Both the position numbers and the translations under genes were made by a program. From Syntrophales bacterium (lineage in GTDB: Bacteria > Desulfobacterota > Syntrophia > Syntrophales > PHBD01): 64,000 nt of DNA. Shown here piece after piece: positions 9,724 to 19,323 of this stretch. Each line of letters starts with the position of its first letter. Within the stretch, counting starts at the first letter, position 1. The notes beneath the pieces were generated by a model. That model was given only the letters and a program-made list of their open reading frames with translations, did not search any database and was not told where the DNA came from. The stretch is from the NCBI GenBank assembly GCA_963668175.1, contig OY764159.1, forward strand, positions 3,232,001 through 3,296,000. Reading direction: 5' to 3'.

Positions 9724-12700
9724 GTGAAGAACAAATTATGGGTGGGATTTCTGCTGATCCTCATCTGTTTCTGCACTTTCCTCTTCTCTTATGTCTATGA
9801 AGACGCCAAAAAGACCGCCATCGACGACCTGAACCAGAAGCAGATGTCCTATGCCCGGCAGGCCGGTATCGGGATCGAAGATTTTTTCAAGCAGTGGACA
9901 AACCAGCTGCTCTCCATAAGCCGCATGGATGACGTAGCAGAGCTGAACCGGACCGGCAGGAATTACCTTGCCTTCACCTATGAATTGAACAAAGACAACT
10001 TGATGACGGTCGTCCGCGTCGATGCCCGGGGAAAAGTCGTCTTTATCGCGCCGGCCGGCATCGAGGCCGTCGGGCAGGATATTTCCCAACGGCAGCACAT
10101 GAAGTATCTCATGGCGACCGGCCAGCCTGCCGTGAGCGAGGTCTTTAAATCCGTCGGGGGCTTCGACATGGTCGCCCTCCATGTCCCCGTTGTCAGGCAC
10201 GGCAAGTTCATGGGAACGATCGGCATCGGAATCAATTTCGAGAAACTTGCCGGGCGCTATCTCGAAGGCATCAAAATCGGCGAGACGGGTTATGCCTGGA
10301 TGATCAGCCGCGACGGCAAAGAGCTTTACTGTCCTGTGCCGGGCCATATGGGGAATTCCGTCTTCGACAACTGCCGGGACTATCCCGGGATCATCGCCAT
10401 GGCCCGCGAAATGGTCTTGGGGAGACAAGGCGTCACGACATACGTTTACGACCAAATCCGCGATCAACAGGTGGAGACGGTCCGGAAGCACGCGGTATAC
10501 ATGCCCATACGCATCGGCCAGACTTTCTGGTCCCTGGTGGTCGCCTCCTCGGAAGGAGAAGTCCTCGCGTCGCTCACGCGGTTCAGAAACAACCTGATCA
10601 TGATCATCGCTTTGATCCTAGTGGGCGGCGCCGTTTTTTCCTTTCTGGGCCTGAGAGGATGGTTCATTATCCGCGAGAGACACAAGCGCATGCAGACCGA
10701 ATCGGCCCTGCAGGAAAGCGAGGAACGCTTCCGGATGACCTTCTATATCAGCCCCGATGCGGCCGCGATCACCCGTCTGGAAGACGGCACGATCGTGGAT
10801 ATCAACGAAGGCTTCACCCGTCTCGCGGGTTATTCCCGGGAAGAGGCCGTCGGCAGGACATCCCGGGAACTCGGAATCTGGCGTAACCTGGAAGACCGGG
10901 ATAAACTGGCGCAGACTTTGACGGAGAGCGGTTATTGCGAAAACATGGAAGCCGATTTCGTGACCAAGGACGGAGCGGTCATGACGGCTCTCATCTCGGC
11001 GCGGATCATCCTCCTCGGCGGCGTACCCCACATGCTTTCCATCACCCGCGATGTCAGCGAACGCAAGAAGGCTGAAAACGCTTTACGGGAAAGCGAGGCA
11101 AGGCTGAAAGAGATCATCGAGTTTCTTCCCGACGCGACATTCGTCATCGACAAGGACCGAAAAGTCATCGCCTGGAACAGGGCCATCGAAGAAATGACAG
11201 GGGTCGGCAAAGAATTGATTCTCGGCAAGGGGGATTACGAATACGCAGTCCCGTTTTACGGCGAGCGCCGGCCGGTGCTTATCGATCTCGTCCTGTCCCC
11301 CCAGGAGTCGATGGAGAATTCGTATCGCAAGGTTTGGCGGCAGGGAGACTTGCTCATCGGCGAGGCTTATCTTCCCGACCTCAAAGGCAGGCCCGTTTAT
11401 CTCTTCAATACGGCCTCACCCTTATACGATATTTCCGGCGCCGTCATGGGGGCCATCGAGACGATCCGGGACATTACGGACCATCGGCTCATGGAAGAAG
11501 AACTCGCGTCCGAGCATGAACGGCTCGCCGCCATCCTTGACGGCATCCCGATACCGGCCTTTATGATCGACCGCGACCGGATCGTAACCCTCTGGAACCG
11601 GAGTATCGAACTTGTGACCGGAAAAGAGAGAAGCGAAATGATGGGCAGGGAACTGGACATGCACTTCCTTTTCAAGGGTGCGGCGCAAGAGCCGACGCTC
11701 GCCGAACTGGTCCTGAATTCCACGGACGAGGAGATCGTAAAATATCACGGTACAGGGACTATCCGCAAAAGCGATATTTTCCCGGGGGCATTCGAGAGCA
11801 GCGCGAGCATTTACCCCCATGGGGAAGAGAGGATCGTTTCCATTCAGGCTGCCCGGGTATATAACCGTAAGGGTGAGATCATCGGCACCGTTCAGACCGC
11901 ACAGGACATCACCGAGCGCATCAGGAACCAAAAGGAACAGGAAAAATTGCAGGCCCAGCTCATTCAGGCCCAGAAGATGGAGGCCGTCGGCACCCTCGCC
12001 GGAGGCATCGCCCATGACTTCAACAACATCCTGACGGGAATCATAGGCTATACGGAATTATACAAGGACAAGGTCCGCGAGCCGAAAGTCCATCACAGCA
12101 TGGAACAGGTCCTCAAGGCCGCCAACCGGGCCAAAGACCTGGTGGCGCAAATCCTGACGTTCAGCCGGAAAGCCGACCGGGAAAAGATGCCGGTTCTCCT
12201 TGGTCCCATCGTCAAGGAGGTCGTCAAGTTCATGCGTGCTTCGCTGCCCGCGACGATCGAGATTTCGTACGCAATAGAAACGGCGTCCGATGTTGTCATG
12301 GCTGACGCCACCCAGATGCATCAGGTGTTGATGAATCTCTGCACCAATGCCGGCCATGCCATGAAGGACACGGGCGGCCTGCTGTCGATCGAACTTAAGG
12401 AAGTGGCGATGGATGCGATGCACCTCATCCACCGCCCGGCATTGACGATCGGCCGCTACCTGGAATTGTCCGTCCGCGATACCGGACATGGCATTTCCCC
12501 GGGAAATCAGGAGAGGATCTTCGAACCTTACTTCACAACCAAACAGAAAGGCGAAGGCACGGGTCTGGGTCTCGCCGTGGTGCACGGAATCGTCAGGGAT
12601 CACGGCGGTGACATCAGGGTATACAGCGAGCCGGGCCGCGGGTCCATTTTCAGAATCCTCCTCCCCCTTATGGAAAGCGAAGTCGGAAGCGAACAGATAG

Positions 12701-13101
12701 TCGCAGAAACGCCCTCGGCCGGACAAGGCGAAACGATCCTCTTTATCGATGATGAGAAGATGGTCGTTGAACTGAGCAAAGAAGTCCTGGAAACCCTCGG
12801 TTACCGGGTGGTCGCAGAAACAGACCCCCGTAAAGCCGTTGAAGCTTTCGCAAACGAAAGCAATGCTTTCGACCTGGTCATCACCGATAAGACCATGCCT
12901 CATCTGACAGGCTTCGACGTGGCACGTGAGATCAAGAGAGTCCGACCGGACATTCCCGTCATCCTCTGTTCCGGCATCCAGGAAAAAGGGGACATGGACA
13001 AGCTCTCAACCCTGGGCGTCAGCCGGTTGATCAAGAAACCCGCCGCCATGAACGAACTGGCCCGGGCTATCCGCGAAATCCTGGAAACGGAAAAGAGATA
13101 A
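9724..13101 (+). CDS. Membrane dCache-PAS x3 hybrid histidine kinase
   Basis: TM-Cache (KIGETGYAWMI)-TM, three PAS domains, GGIAHDFNN, HATPase and C-terminal receiver. GTG 9724 after GAGGTG preferred; ATG 9608 is an in-frame alternative. Confidence 0.92.
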   Translation: MKNKLWVGFLLILICFCTFLFSYVYEDAKKTAIDDLNQKQMSYARQAGIGIEDFFKQWTNQLLSISRMDDVAELNRTGRNYLAFTYELNKDNLMTVVRVDARGKVVFIAPAGIEAVGQDISQRQHMKYLMATGQPAVSEVFKSVGGFDMVALHVPVVRHGKFMGTIGIGINFEKLAGRYLEGIKIGETGYAWMISRDGKELYCPVPGHMGNSVFDNCRDYPGIIAMAREMVLGRQGVTTYVYDQIRDQQVETVRKHAVYMPIRIGQTFWSLVVASSEGEVLASLTRFRNNLIMIIALILVGGAVFSFLGLRGWFIIRERHKRMQTESALQESEERFRMTFYISPDAAAITRLEDGTIVDINEGFTRLAGYSREEAVGRTSRELGIWRNLEDRDKLAQTLTESGYCENMEADFVTKDGAVMTALISARIILLGGVPHMLSITRDVSERKKAENALRESEARLKEIIEFLPDATFVIDKDRKVIAWNRAIEEMTGVGKELILGKGDYEYAVPFYGERRPVLIDLVLSPQESMENSYRKVWRQGDLLIGEAYLPDLKGRPVYLFNTASPLYDISGAVMGAIETIRDITDHRLMEEELASEHERLAAILDGIPIPAFMIDRDRIVTLWNRSIELVTGKERSEMMGRELDMHFLFKGAAQEPTLAELVLNSTDEEIVKYHGTGTIRKSDIFPGAFESSASIYPHGEERIVSIQAARVYNRKGEIIGTVQTAQDITERIRNQKEQEKLQAQLIQAQKMEAVGTLAGGIAHDFNNILTGIIGYTELYKDKVREPKVHHSMEQVLKAANRAKDLVAQILTFSRKADREKMPVLLGPIVKEVVKFMRASLPATIEISYAIETASDVVMADATQMHQVLMNLCTNAGHAMKDTGGLLSIELKEVAMDAMHLIHRPALTIGRYLELSVRDTGHGISPGNQERIFEPYFTTKQKGEGTGLGLAVVHGIVRDHGGDIRVYSEPGRGSIFRILLPLMESEVGSEQIVAETPSAGQGETILFIDDEKMVVELSKEVLETLGYRVVAETDPRKAVEAFANESNAFDLVITDKTMPHLTGFDVAREIKRVRPDIPVILCSGIQEKGDMDKLSTLGVSRLIKKPAAMNELARAIREILETEKR

Positions 13102-13436
13102 GTCTCTTTATCCGTATGCCGTTCTTGAACGCCCACAGTTTCATAAACCCCAAAATCCTCCAGCTTATCCATTCCTCCCTGGTCCCGAGACGGCTTGTTT
13201 CCCCGTCCGTATTCATCGCTGATGCATTCAAAATCCGTTGATCGGCCCGTACATGATTTTAAATCAGGGTTATCGGCCGTCCGGCGATCCTGCGGCGGGA
13301 CTCCGCATCGCTATCCGTATAGACTAAATGGAATTATTATCATTTATTTATTTTGACTTCTTCATATTCATGCTATACATTTTTCACCGAATCCAATTTC
13401 CTCCGAGAACGAGGTTATACGAAAGGAGACGACACT

Positions 13437-14042
13437 ATGATCTACAGACGCGCCCGGAACAGGATACTGCTTATCGTGTCATTCACATTGCTGCTGATCT
13501 GCGTTTCCACCGGAGTCGGCCTTGCCGAAGACCAGCCGGTCAAGACGCTGAAGGGTTACGTTACGTTCGGCGGCGGCGGAAGCGGTGGAGACGCCAAGGC
13601 CACAAACATGCGCCTTGAGGGCGGCGTCTACAGCGTAAACAAGACCGTTAACGTACTCTTCGGCCTCGGCATCCCGTTCACAGTGAACAGAGACGAAACC
13701 CCTTCGGGATTGCTGGATTACCCCGTGCCCCATAATCATTTCACCGACCTGGGCACGAAGCGTAAGGGAGAGGAAGTCGGTCTTTACGGTAAATTCGGTA
13801 TCGCCCCGATAAAGAATTTCGGATTGTTTCTTTTCGGGATCGGCGGATTCACCACCGGACGGGAGATAGATCTCGCCCAATCGAACATCACGGGTTGGTA
13901 TTACACGCAGGAGGAGACAACCAAGACCTACGGGCTTTATGGCGGGGGAATCGGCTATTTCCCGCTCCAGGGCCATTTCACGGTCCATGCCCAGTACGAC
14001 AACCGGATGGGCATAACGGGCAGCCTCGGTTTCGCCTGGTGA
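13437..14042 (+). CDS. Putative small outer-membrane beta-barrel protein
   Basis: AAGGAG RBS, signal peptide, Gly/Tyr-rich alternating strands and a terminal aromatic strand GITGSLGFAW. Confidence 0.65.
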   Translation: MIYRRARNRILLIVSFTLLLICVSTGVGLAEDQPVKTLKGYVTFGGGGSGGDAKATNMRLEGGVYSVNKTVNVLFGLGIPFTVNRDETPSGLLDYPVPHNHFTDLGTKRKGEEVGLYGKFGIAPIKNFGLFLFGIGGFTTGREIDLAQSNITGWYYTQEETTKTYGLYGGGIGYFPLQGHFTVHAQYDNRMGITGSLGFAW

Positions 14043-14102
14043 GGGAATTAATCTGGATCAAAAGATAGGTATGCCAAATCACAATTGACAGGAAGGATTG
14101 TG

Positions 14103-17100
14103 ATGCGAATGTTTACTACGTTGGAGCGAAAAGTTCTTTTAATCATTATAATTCATCTTCTGGTCTTGTTCAGTATTACATCCTATGCTGGGACAGAAGA
14201 ACGCCTAGAACTCCATTTTACCTATACATGGCTTGATTTCAGTTTGAAAGATGGATCCTTAACGCTCAGCTCCTATGGATTTGACGAGCCGATAAAAAAT
14301 GATTGGGAGTTGAAAGCGGTTGGCGTCGACAGCCAGGAGCAGGGGCTCTATCATCTGCGCCGCAGGACATGGAAGGGTTTTTTTCTCAGTGCGGATACCG
14401 TCAAGCATCAAGTATATAAAGTTGTCGGAAAAGATGAAGCCTTTGGGCAAGCAAATAAACAGGGAACAGCTATTGAAGGCTGCTCCGGCTCATTCTTCAG
14501 ATATACAAATGAGATTCGGACATTCAAGTTCTTTTGTAAAACCTCATCCATTGTTTACACCCCACATGACGGCAACATGCAGTTTATGGCCGGCGGCGTT
14601 CCCATCCTGGACAAGGACGGCCTGGAAATCAAACACCTAAGCTCTGAAGGGGGAGATAATTATCAAATCCGCTATAGACAATGGGATAAAAAGTTCTGGC
14701 AGGTCAATCCGGAGGCGGATACTGCCGTGTGGTGGGCAAATGCAGGTACTTTCGGCGTCCTAGTTGGTAACAGAAAGAAACTGTCCGGAGCAGTGGTGAA
14801 ATCTAACATTTTGCAGGGAGACTCCAATGGGTTTGTGGACCAGGGATTCCTGGACGTAAATGAAACAAGTGGTCCCAGATCTGAATGGATAGAATCACGG
14901 AAAAGACTTTACCGCGATATCCTGAAAAACGGAAGTTATGACATTCTTGTCGTGCCTTTTCAAATCCAGGGATACGCCGTTGACCGTCCCGGCCGGTCGC
15001 TTATGACCCGATATCTCGCCGATCGTATCGCCAAGGCCACAGACGCCAGGATTCCGGATGCCACGCTTGTAGCGAGAGCCTTCGGCGAAAACTCACGGAT
15101 GATCGATGAAGCGGATATTTACAGCCTTGCCAATGAATTGAAGGTGAAGACGGTGATCAGGGGTTATGTCGGCCATCACCGTAACGAAAAGATGAAGCTG
15201 ACACTCCTGGTTCAGAAAAATGACGGAGAGAAGTTCACCCCAGCCACGAAGACCGTCCGTCTGGATTGGAAAGGTATTCCGTTTTCCGACGAGCATCCTC
15301 CCGAGGTAGCATTTCAAGATATCATCGAAGAAGTCATACCAAAACTCACCCTGGATATAAAGGGGAAGCGTTCCATGCCTGTCCTGAAAGAAGAGGGCAA
15401 CATCGCTCTTCCGGTGAGCGTGACGGCGCTTACGGCGGCACGAGGAATCTCCCCACACACAAATGCCGCATACCTCCAACTGCTGGGCCTTCTCTTCCCG
15501 ATAGATACGACCGACAAAGAACACCTCTTTGAACGCTCGCTTACCGCATTGACAGACCTTTCGCCGCAATCGAGCGATTATGCGCTTATCAAGGCGAGGG
15601 CCCTCTTCTATCTGCACCGGCGTCCGGCCGCCCTGGCGGCCCTCGGAACACCGACGACGCCTGAAGGAAAAGCGTTCATGGGGCTTTTGAACGGCAATCT
15701 CCCGGAGATGAAGGAATGGGTTCAAAATATCAAATCGCCCATCGGGAAGCTCATGGCCCAGATCGAGCTGTTCGATCTCCGGACCTCATACAAAGAACGG
15801 GTGACAGAGGCTGACTATCTCAACATCGCCAAGGAGTTTCCAGGCTGGGAAGAGATCGTCATGCGCCGCCTGCTGGAGAACGACGGCTGGTATACGGAAT
15901 CGAATCTGGTTGTCAAACAGGCGATGGACAAGTCCTTCCCGATCCCGGGTTTTACAGCCGACGACCTCGTCGGCCGCAGAAAGGCCCTGGGCGCGTCAGA
16001 GGCATCATTCACTGAAGACGAGTTGTCTGCCGTCCGTCATTATCAGCGTTACTTGTCGAACCACAAAAAAGAGATTGCCGATCTGTCGGGAAACGCCGCT
16101 TTGACGAATTGGGACCATCTCGATTTTCTTTATGCCGTTAGTGAAGCCAACCTGCTCAAAGGAATAACTATAGATCTTGATATGAGGGGCATCTATGAAA
16201 GCGCTCTCAGAAAAGCGGCGAGTTATGAAAGCGCTTACCGGGGGCATGCGGGCATGACGTTTCTCAAAGGCAGAGCATTGGCGGGGGTCGCGTCGGAAAA
16301 AAGCGAAAAATACCGTATGTTCATGGACGAAAGCCAAAAAATCCTTCATGGAGCCTACTGGTGGTCGGGCGGTCAGATAAACATACGCGTTCCTTACACT
16401 TTTTCCTGGTATGATTCGGATTATCCCCAACGACCGCATGAGTGGATGACAGGAAGAAAAGACCGGCTGACGTTGAAAGGCGATAAGATATTCGATAACT
16501 ACAAGGTCACGCAGGCAGTTCCCAACGATTCATTCCTCATCGAATTAATGAGGACATCGCTGGCATTAAAATATACGCACGACCAGTTCTGGCCCTTTGA
16601 AAGTTATCACCGAAGCATTTCCTTGCTCAAGACGAAAAAAGAGTATTCCGAAATCCTTTTTGAGGAGAACAAGAACCGCTTCGCGGGCAATCCCGACCAT
16701 CTCCGTTTTTTCACCAAACTGAATTCGGTGTCGGGTGATTCCCTCCAGAAAATCAGCGCCCTCGAAAACGCCATCGCCAAAGCCCCCGATATCTGGGCAT
16801 CGTATGAGGAACTGGGCAAATATTATATAAGCCAGGGCGACTTTAAGAAAGCGCAAGCCACTTTTTTAAGCTATCCGCTTTTCAAGAATCCCAGGAACAA
16901 CTATCGGGTGGAGATGTCCAATTATGCGGCGAATGCCGCTGCTGCCCTCTGGTTGCCTGGAGTAATCGAGGAATCGGTCCCATTATTGGAAATTGCGGCC
17001 AATTCGGACACCTACTCCGCTGCTGAACTGATGAGTTCCGCGGTCCTGGCATTGATCAAAGAAGATTATCTCCGCGCGGCAGCTTATAATCAACAACTGA

Positions 17101-18122
17101 TTAAACGATATGATACGGCCCAGGGTTATGTGCATTATCTTTCTCTCTTGCACATACTGGGTTTTCATAAAGAGGCATGGTCCATTTTCAATATAATGGA
17201 TATCCAGTACAAATCTCCGTTTGTATGGACGCCGGCCTTCATCGGCCACCGTATGGCAGCCAAGACCAGCCATGAGGTTTTTCAGTGGCTTAATCATGAC
17301 CATATAAAGAAAGTGAGTTCGGAAAACCGCATCCGATACGTCATGCTGTATGGTTTGACGGATCGGCCACCCGATCGTGGCTTGCCAGCGATGATCGAAA
17401 AAGTCGGACGTGTAAATCCAAGATTGGATGTTCGGGGGGATATAAAGTACCAGATCAAGTTCGCGGAGGGTTACAATGCGATGACCAGAGGCGAATATGT
17501 GAATGCATACGATTTGCTAAACAAGGCGGGGATCAACCCTTCCGATAGAGCATCCATTTGGCCCTATTATGTCCGAATCGGCATGAAATGTGATAAGAAA
17601 CAGGAAGTGGATCAATTTATGAAGTCGCTACAGAATCCGGAGAAGGCAGTCGCTTTCCAAAATTTGGCATCAGCGTTCTACCATGGTCTCCAGGGACGGC
17701 ATCAGGAGGCGATTCAGAATCTGAACCAGGCGCGATATAATGTGCCCTCCACGATGTTCCAGCCCTTATACCCGTGGTATCAACTTATCGAGACATGCGA
17801 GCTTCTATACAAAGATACGAGCCATGAGCCATACCGGGCGCTTGCCGTCGAATGGGCGCAAATTCATCAGAGACTTCAACCCTGGTTCGCCTGGGCCTAT
17901 GCCGTAGAGGCAAAGTATACAAAATCCGACACGGACCGGGTCAGGGCTCTGGCGCTCGCGCTATACCTGGACAAGAATTCGGAACGCATTTCCGGATTTA
18001 CCAAAGCCGAAAAGGCTACAGCGCTTAAGTGGCTGGAAAAGAACAATCCGTTTCTAAAAGATAATATAAAGATAAAGCAGCAGGCTTCGGGGGTTCAATC
18101 GACCTACGCCCTGGCACCCTAA
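14103..18122 (+). CDS. Very large exported protein: duplicated N-terminal beta domain, alpha/beta domain, long TPR-like region
   Basis: About 1340-codon ORF with signal peptide (…ITSYA), TPR-like helices (e.g. ALENAIAKAPDIWASYEELGKYYISQGDFKKAQATF) and visibly AT-richer codon usage than its neighbours. Confidence 0.7.
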   Translation: MRMFTTLERKVLLIIIIHLLVLFSITSYAGTEERLELHFTYTWLDFSLKDGSLTLSSYGFDEPIKNDWELKAVGVDSQEQGLYHLRRRTWKGFFLSADTVKHQVYKVVGKDEAFGQANKQGTAIEGCSGSFFRYTNEIRTFKFFCKTSSIVYTPHDGNMQFMAGGVPILDKDGLEIKHLSSEGGDNYQIRYRQWDKKFWQVNPEADTAVWWANAGTFGVLVGNRKKLSGAVVKSNILQGDSNGFVDQGFLDVNETSGPRSEWIESRKRLYRDILKNGSYDILVVPFQIQGYAVDRPGRSLMTRYLADRIAKATDARIPDATLVARAFGENSRMIDEADIYSLANELKVKTVIRGYVGHHRNEKMKLTLLVQKNDGEKFTPATKTVRLDWKGIPFSDEHPPEVAFQDIIEEVIPKLTLDIKGKRSMPVLKEEGNIALPVSVTALTAARGISPHTNAAYLQLLGLLFPIDTTDKEHLFERSLTALTDLSPQSSDYALIKARALFYLHRRPAALAALGTPTTPEGKAFMGLLNGNLPEMKEWVQNIKSPIGKLMAQIELFDLRTSYKERVTEADYLNIAKEFPGWEEIVMRRLLENDGWYTESNLVVKQAMDKSFPIPGFTADDLVGRRKALGASEASFTEDELSAVRHYQRYLSNHKKEIADLSGNAALTNWDHLDFLYAVSEANLLKGITIDLDMRGIYESALRKAASYESAYRGHAGMTFLKGRALAGVASEKSEKYRMFMDESQKILHGAYWWSGGQINIRVPYTFSWYDSDYPQRPHEWMTGRKDRLTLKGDKIFDNYKVTQAVPNDSFLIELMRTSLALKYTHDQFWPFESYHRSISLLKTKKEYSEILFEENKNRFAGNPDHLRFFTKLNSVSGDSLQKISALENAIAKAPDIWASYEELGKYYISQGDFKKAQATFLSYPLFKNPRNNYRVEMSNYAANAAAALWLPGVIEESVPLLEIAANSDTYSAAELMSSAVLALIKEDYLRAAAYNQQLIKRYDTAQGYVHYLSLLHILGFHKEAWSIFNIMDIQYKSPFVWTPAFIGHRMAAKTSHEVFQWLNHDHIKKVSSENRIRYVMLYGLTDRPPDRGLPAMIEKVGRVNPRLDVRGDIKYQIKFAEGYNAMTRGEYVNAYDLLNKAGINPSDRASIWPYYVRIGMKCDKKQEVDQFMKSLQNPEKAVAFQNLASAFYHGLQGRHQEAIQNLNQARYNVPSTMFQPLYPWYQLIETCELLYKDTSHEPYRALAVEWAQIHQRLQPWFAWAYAVEAKYTKSDTDRVRALALALYLDKNSERISGFTKAEKATALKWLEKNNPFLKDNIKIKQQASGVQSTYALAP

Positions 18123-18134
18123 GCAGGAAAATCT

Positions 18135-18163
18135 TTGACAAATAATGTATTTTGTGTTTTTAT
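18135..18163 (+). promoter_or_regulatory. Putative sigma70 promoter of the dapA leader
   Basis: Perfect TTGACA at 18135-18140, 17 bp spacer, weak -10 TTTTAT. Confidence 0.55.
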
Positions 18164-18191
18164 CAGATTATCTGATCAATCAGGAAGAGCT

Positions 18192-18290
18192 ATGAACGTC
18201 CTTACAATAACCCTAAGAATCGCAGGCAAGAAGCAGGGAGTCAAGCGCATGGGGCTGCCCATCGCTTTAAGGACGTGTATGCATCCATAA
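18192..18290 (+). CDS. Putative leader peptide (32 aa, MNVLTITLRIAGKKQGVKRMGLPIALRTCMHP) of a dapA attenuator
   Basis: ATG preceded by AGGAAGAG; AAG-AAG at 18228-18233 and AAG at 18243; overlaps a segment complementary to the downstream terminator. Not in the ORF track. Confidence 0.6.
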   Translation: MNVLTITLRIAGKKQGVKRMGLPIALRTCMHP

Positions 18291-18310
18291 CCTCGCAGAC
18301 AGTCTCCTTG

Positions 18311-18340
18311 AAGCCATGGGCACGCCCCATGGCTTTTTTT
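18311..18340 (+). terminator. Intrinsic terminator (attenuator) in the dapA leader
   Basis: AAGCCATGGG-cacgc-CCCATGGCTT plus TTTTT, about 60 nt before the dapA start. Confidence 0.85.
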
Positions 18341-18402
18341 ATGCCCGGAAATCGAAATTCAACCCCAAAATCCATTACAAACTGAAATAGAAAGGAAAAC
18401 TT

Positions 18403-19308
18403 ATGCGGAACATATCATGGGCGGGATGCCATGTCCCCATCATTACCCCCTTCAACGACGACCTGTCGGTCGACGAAGCGGGATTGCGAAGACTCGTCAA
18501 TTATTATATCGAAGAGATCGGATGCGACGGCCTGGTTCCGTGCGGAACGACCGGCGAATCCCCCACCCTGGACCCCGAGGAACATGCCCGCGTCATCGAG
18601 ATCGTGGTCGAAGAGACGAAGGGGCGGGTGCCGGTTATGGCGGGCACGGGCTCCAACAACACGAAGGAAGCCATCGCCATGACCCGGCATGCCGAGGAGG
18701 CCGGCGTCGACGCCAGCCTGCAGGTCTGCCCCTACTACAACCGTCCGACCCAGGACGGTCTGCTGAGGCATTTCGAGGCCGTTGCGGCGGCTACGAAGCT
18801 GCCCCTCTTTATCTACAACATCCCTTCCCGGTCGGCGAGACTCATTGAAGCGAAAACGATGATCGCCCTTTCAGAAATCGACTCGATCGTGGGAATGAAG
18901 GATGCCTGCGGCGACCTGACGGTCACCATGGAGATCATCCGGGCAACTCGTAACAGGGAGAAGAAATTCTACGTCCTGTGCGGGGAGGATTCGCTGACGT
19001 TCCCGATGCTGGCGCTGGGCGGCGACGGAGGCATTCTCGCAGTCTCTCACGTCATCGGCAGGGAATACCGGGAGATGATCAAACTCTACCATTCCGGGAA
19101 TATCGAGGCGGCGCGGGAGATCCATTTCCGGACGCTGCCCGTCGTGCGGGCGCTGTTCATCGAGACGAATCCCGTCCCGGTCAAGGAAGCCCTAGCGATG
19201 ATGGGGCTCCCGTCGGGGAAGCTCCGCCTGCCCCTGGTCCCTTTGAGGCCGGAAAACCGCGAAAGTCTGCGTAAGACCTTAGTTCAACACGGAATCCTGA
19301 AGGCTTAG
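18403..19308 (+). CDS. dapA: 4-hydroxy-tetrahydrodipicolinate synthase
   Basis: ITPF, GTTGESPTL, AGTGSNNT, PYYNRP, IYNIPSR, Schiff-base GMKDA, LFIETNPVPVK, LRLPL. Confidence 0.93.
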   Translation: MRNISWAGCHVPIITPFNDDLSVDEAGLRRLVNYYIEEIGCDGLVPCGTTGESPTLDPEEHARVIEIVVEETKGRVPVMAGTGSNNTKEAIAMTRHAEEAGVDASLQVCPYYNRPTQDGLLRHFEAVAAATKLPLFIYNIPSRSARLIEAKTMIALSEIDSIVGMKDACGDLTVTMEIIRATRNREKKFYVLCGEDSLTFPMLALGGDGGILAVSHVIGREYREMIKLYHSGNIEAAREIHFRTLPVVRALFIETNPVPVKEALAMMGLPSGKLRLPLVPLRPENRESLRKTLVQHGILKA

Positions 19309-19323
19309 AAGAAAGGAACGCCT

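Noticed and set aside
18180..18340. Lysine riboswitch or T-box upstream of dapA
   Set aside because: No AGAGG(U/C)GC...AGUA...GAAAGG...GCCGAA core and no T-box AAnnnAGGGUGGnACC motif; the region is better explained by a leader peptide plus alternative helices. An Infernal search is still needed.
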